Below, in pieces: positions 63,670 to 64,000 of a DNA stretch of 64,000 nt. Source of the DNA: a virus (lineage: Duplodnaviria > Heunggongvirae > Uroviricota > Caudoviricetes); IMG/VR virus record IMGVR_UViG_3300033156_001279, positions 13,069 through 77,068 of that record; one strand, 5' to 3'. The notes below the pieces were generated by a model. The model was not told where the DNA came from. It was given only the letters and a program-made list of their open reading frames with translations, and made no database searches. The position numbers and the translations under genes are program-made. How positions within the stretch are numbered: the first letter of the stretch is position 1; each line of letters opens with the position of its first letter.

Positions 63670-63782
63670 AGATATGAAAGAAGAATACACAAGTTCTTAT
63701 GATAATTGGAGATTTGGATTGATTACTGGATTGTTGGCGGTGGTTTTAATGATAACTATTTATTTGATATTAAAATAAACCT

Positions 63783-63995
63783 ATGAAGAAAGAAAAGAAA
63801 ATTAAAAGAGAACTTAAACGATTTTATTGTCAAAATTGTAATACTGAATATGTTATTGCTTTTGGATATAAAAAATTCGGAGAGCCAATTTTTTGTGATA
63901 ATTGTAGAAAATATGGTGTGATAGATAGATGGTGGGATTATAAAAATAATACATTTAAAAAGGAAAATAGTGAGATTTTTTCGCTCAAAACTTAA
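63783..63995 (+). CDS. small zinc-ribbon protein, MKKEKKIK family
   Basis: AAATAAACCT-ATG-AAGAAAGAAAAG...; CQNCNTEY...CDNCRKYG. Confidence 0.35.
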   Translation: MKKEKKIKRELKRFYCQNCNTEYVIAFGYKKFGEPIFCDNCRKYGVIDRWWDYKNNTFKKENSEIFSLKT

Positions 63996-64000
63996 CCAAA

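Overview
AT-rich window that reads as one tailed-phage (siphovirus-like) genome segment or prophage interior. No integrase, tRNA, rRNA or CRISPR array was seen. Positions 35.5 kb down to 1 are one minus-strand late/structural operon. In transcription order it encodes a beta-propeller protein, a possible portal, a 1568-aa LigD-like multidomain enzyme, a prohead protease-scaffold fusion, a Ser-tailed head protein and the major capsid protein. It then carries an 11-kb nucleotide-sugar/glycosyltransferase island (ADP-heptose-type kinase plus nucleotidyltransferase, GT9 heptosyltransferases, GT2s, a 4,6-dehydratase, a sugar dehydrogenase), a 982-aa fiber, connector proteins, a major tail protein, G/G-T chaperones with a -1 frameshift site, a tape measure protein, a Dit-like protein and a 5'-partial fiber. 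Positions 36-64 kb are a plus-strand block of many small early genes, many of them zinc-ribbon proteins. That block also holds an AAA+ ATPase, three beta-class DNA methyltransferases (one frameshifted), a minimal C5-methyltransferase-like protein, nucleases, an SPFH protein, a type IV pilin-like protein and a 3D-domain hydrolase. Three minus-strand insertions sit inside the plus block: a Rep-like HTH gene, a zinc-ribbon gene, and terS plus terL. Regulatory signals include seven near-consensus sigma70 promoters (TTGACA-ggg...TATAAT-gg), an over-represented intergenic AAAGGTCR motif (18 copies), six TGAACC-CWGG-GGTTCA palindromes, conserved RNA hairpin elements, and a GGTC-repeat array in the divergent control region. 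All protein calls rest on motif recognition by eye; no database search was possible.
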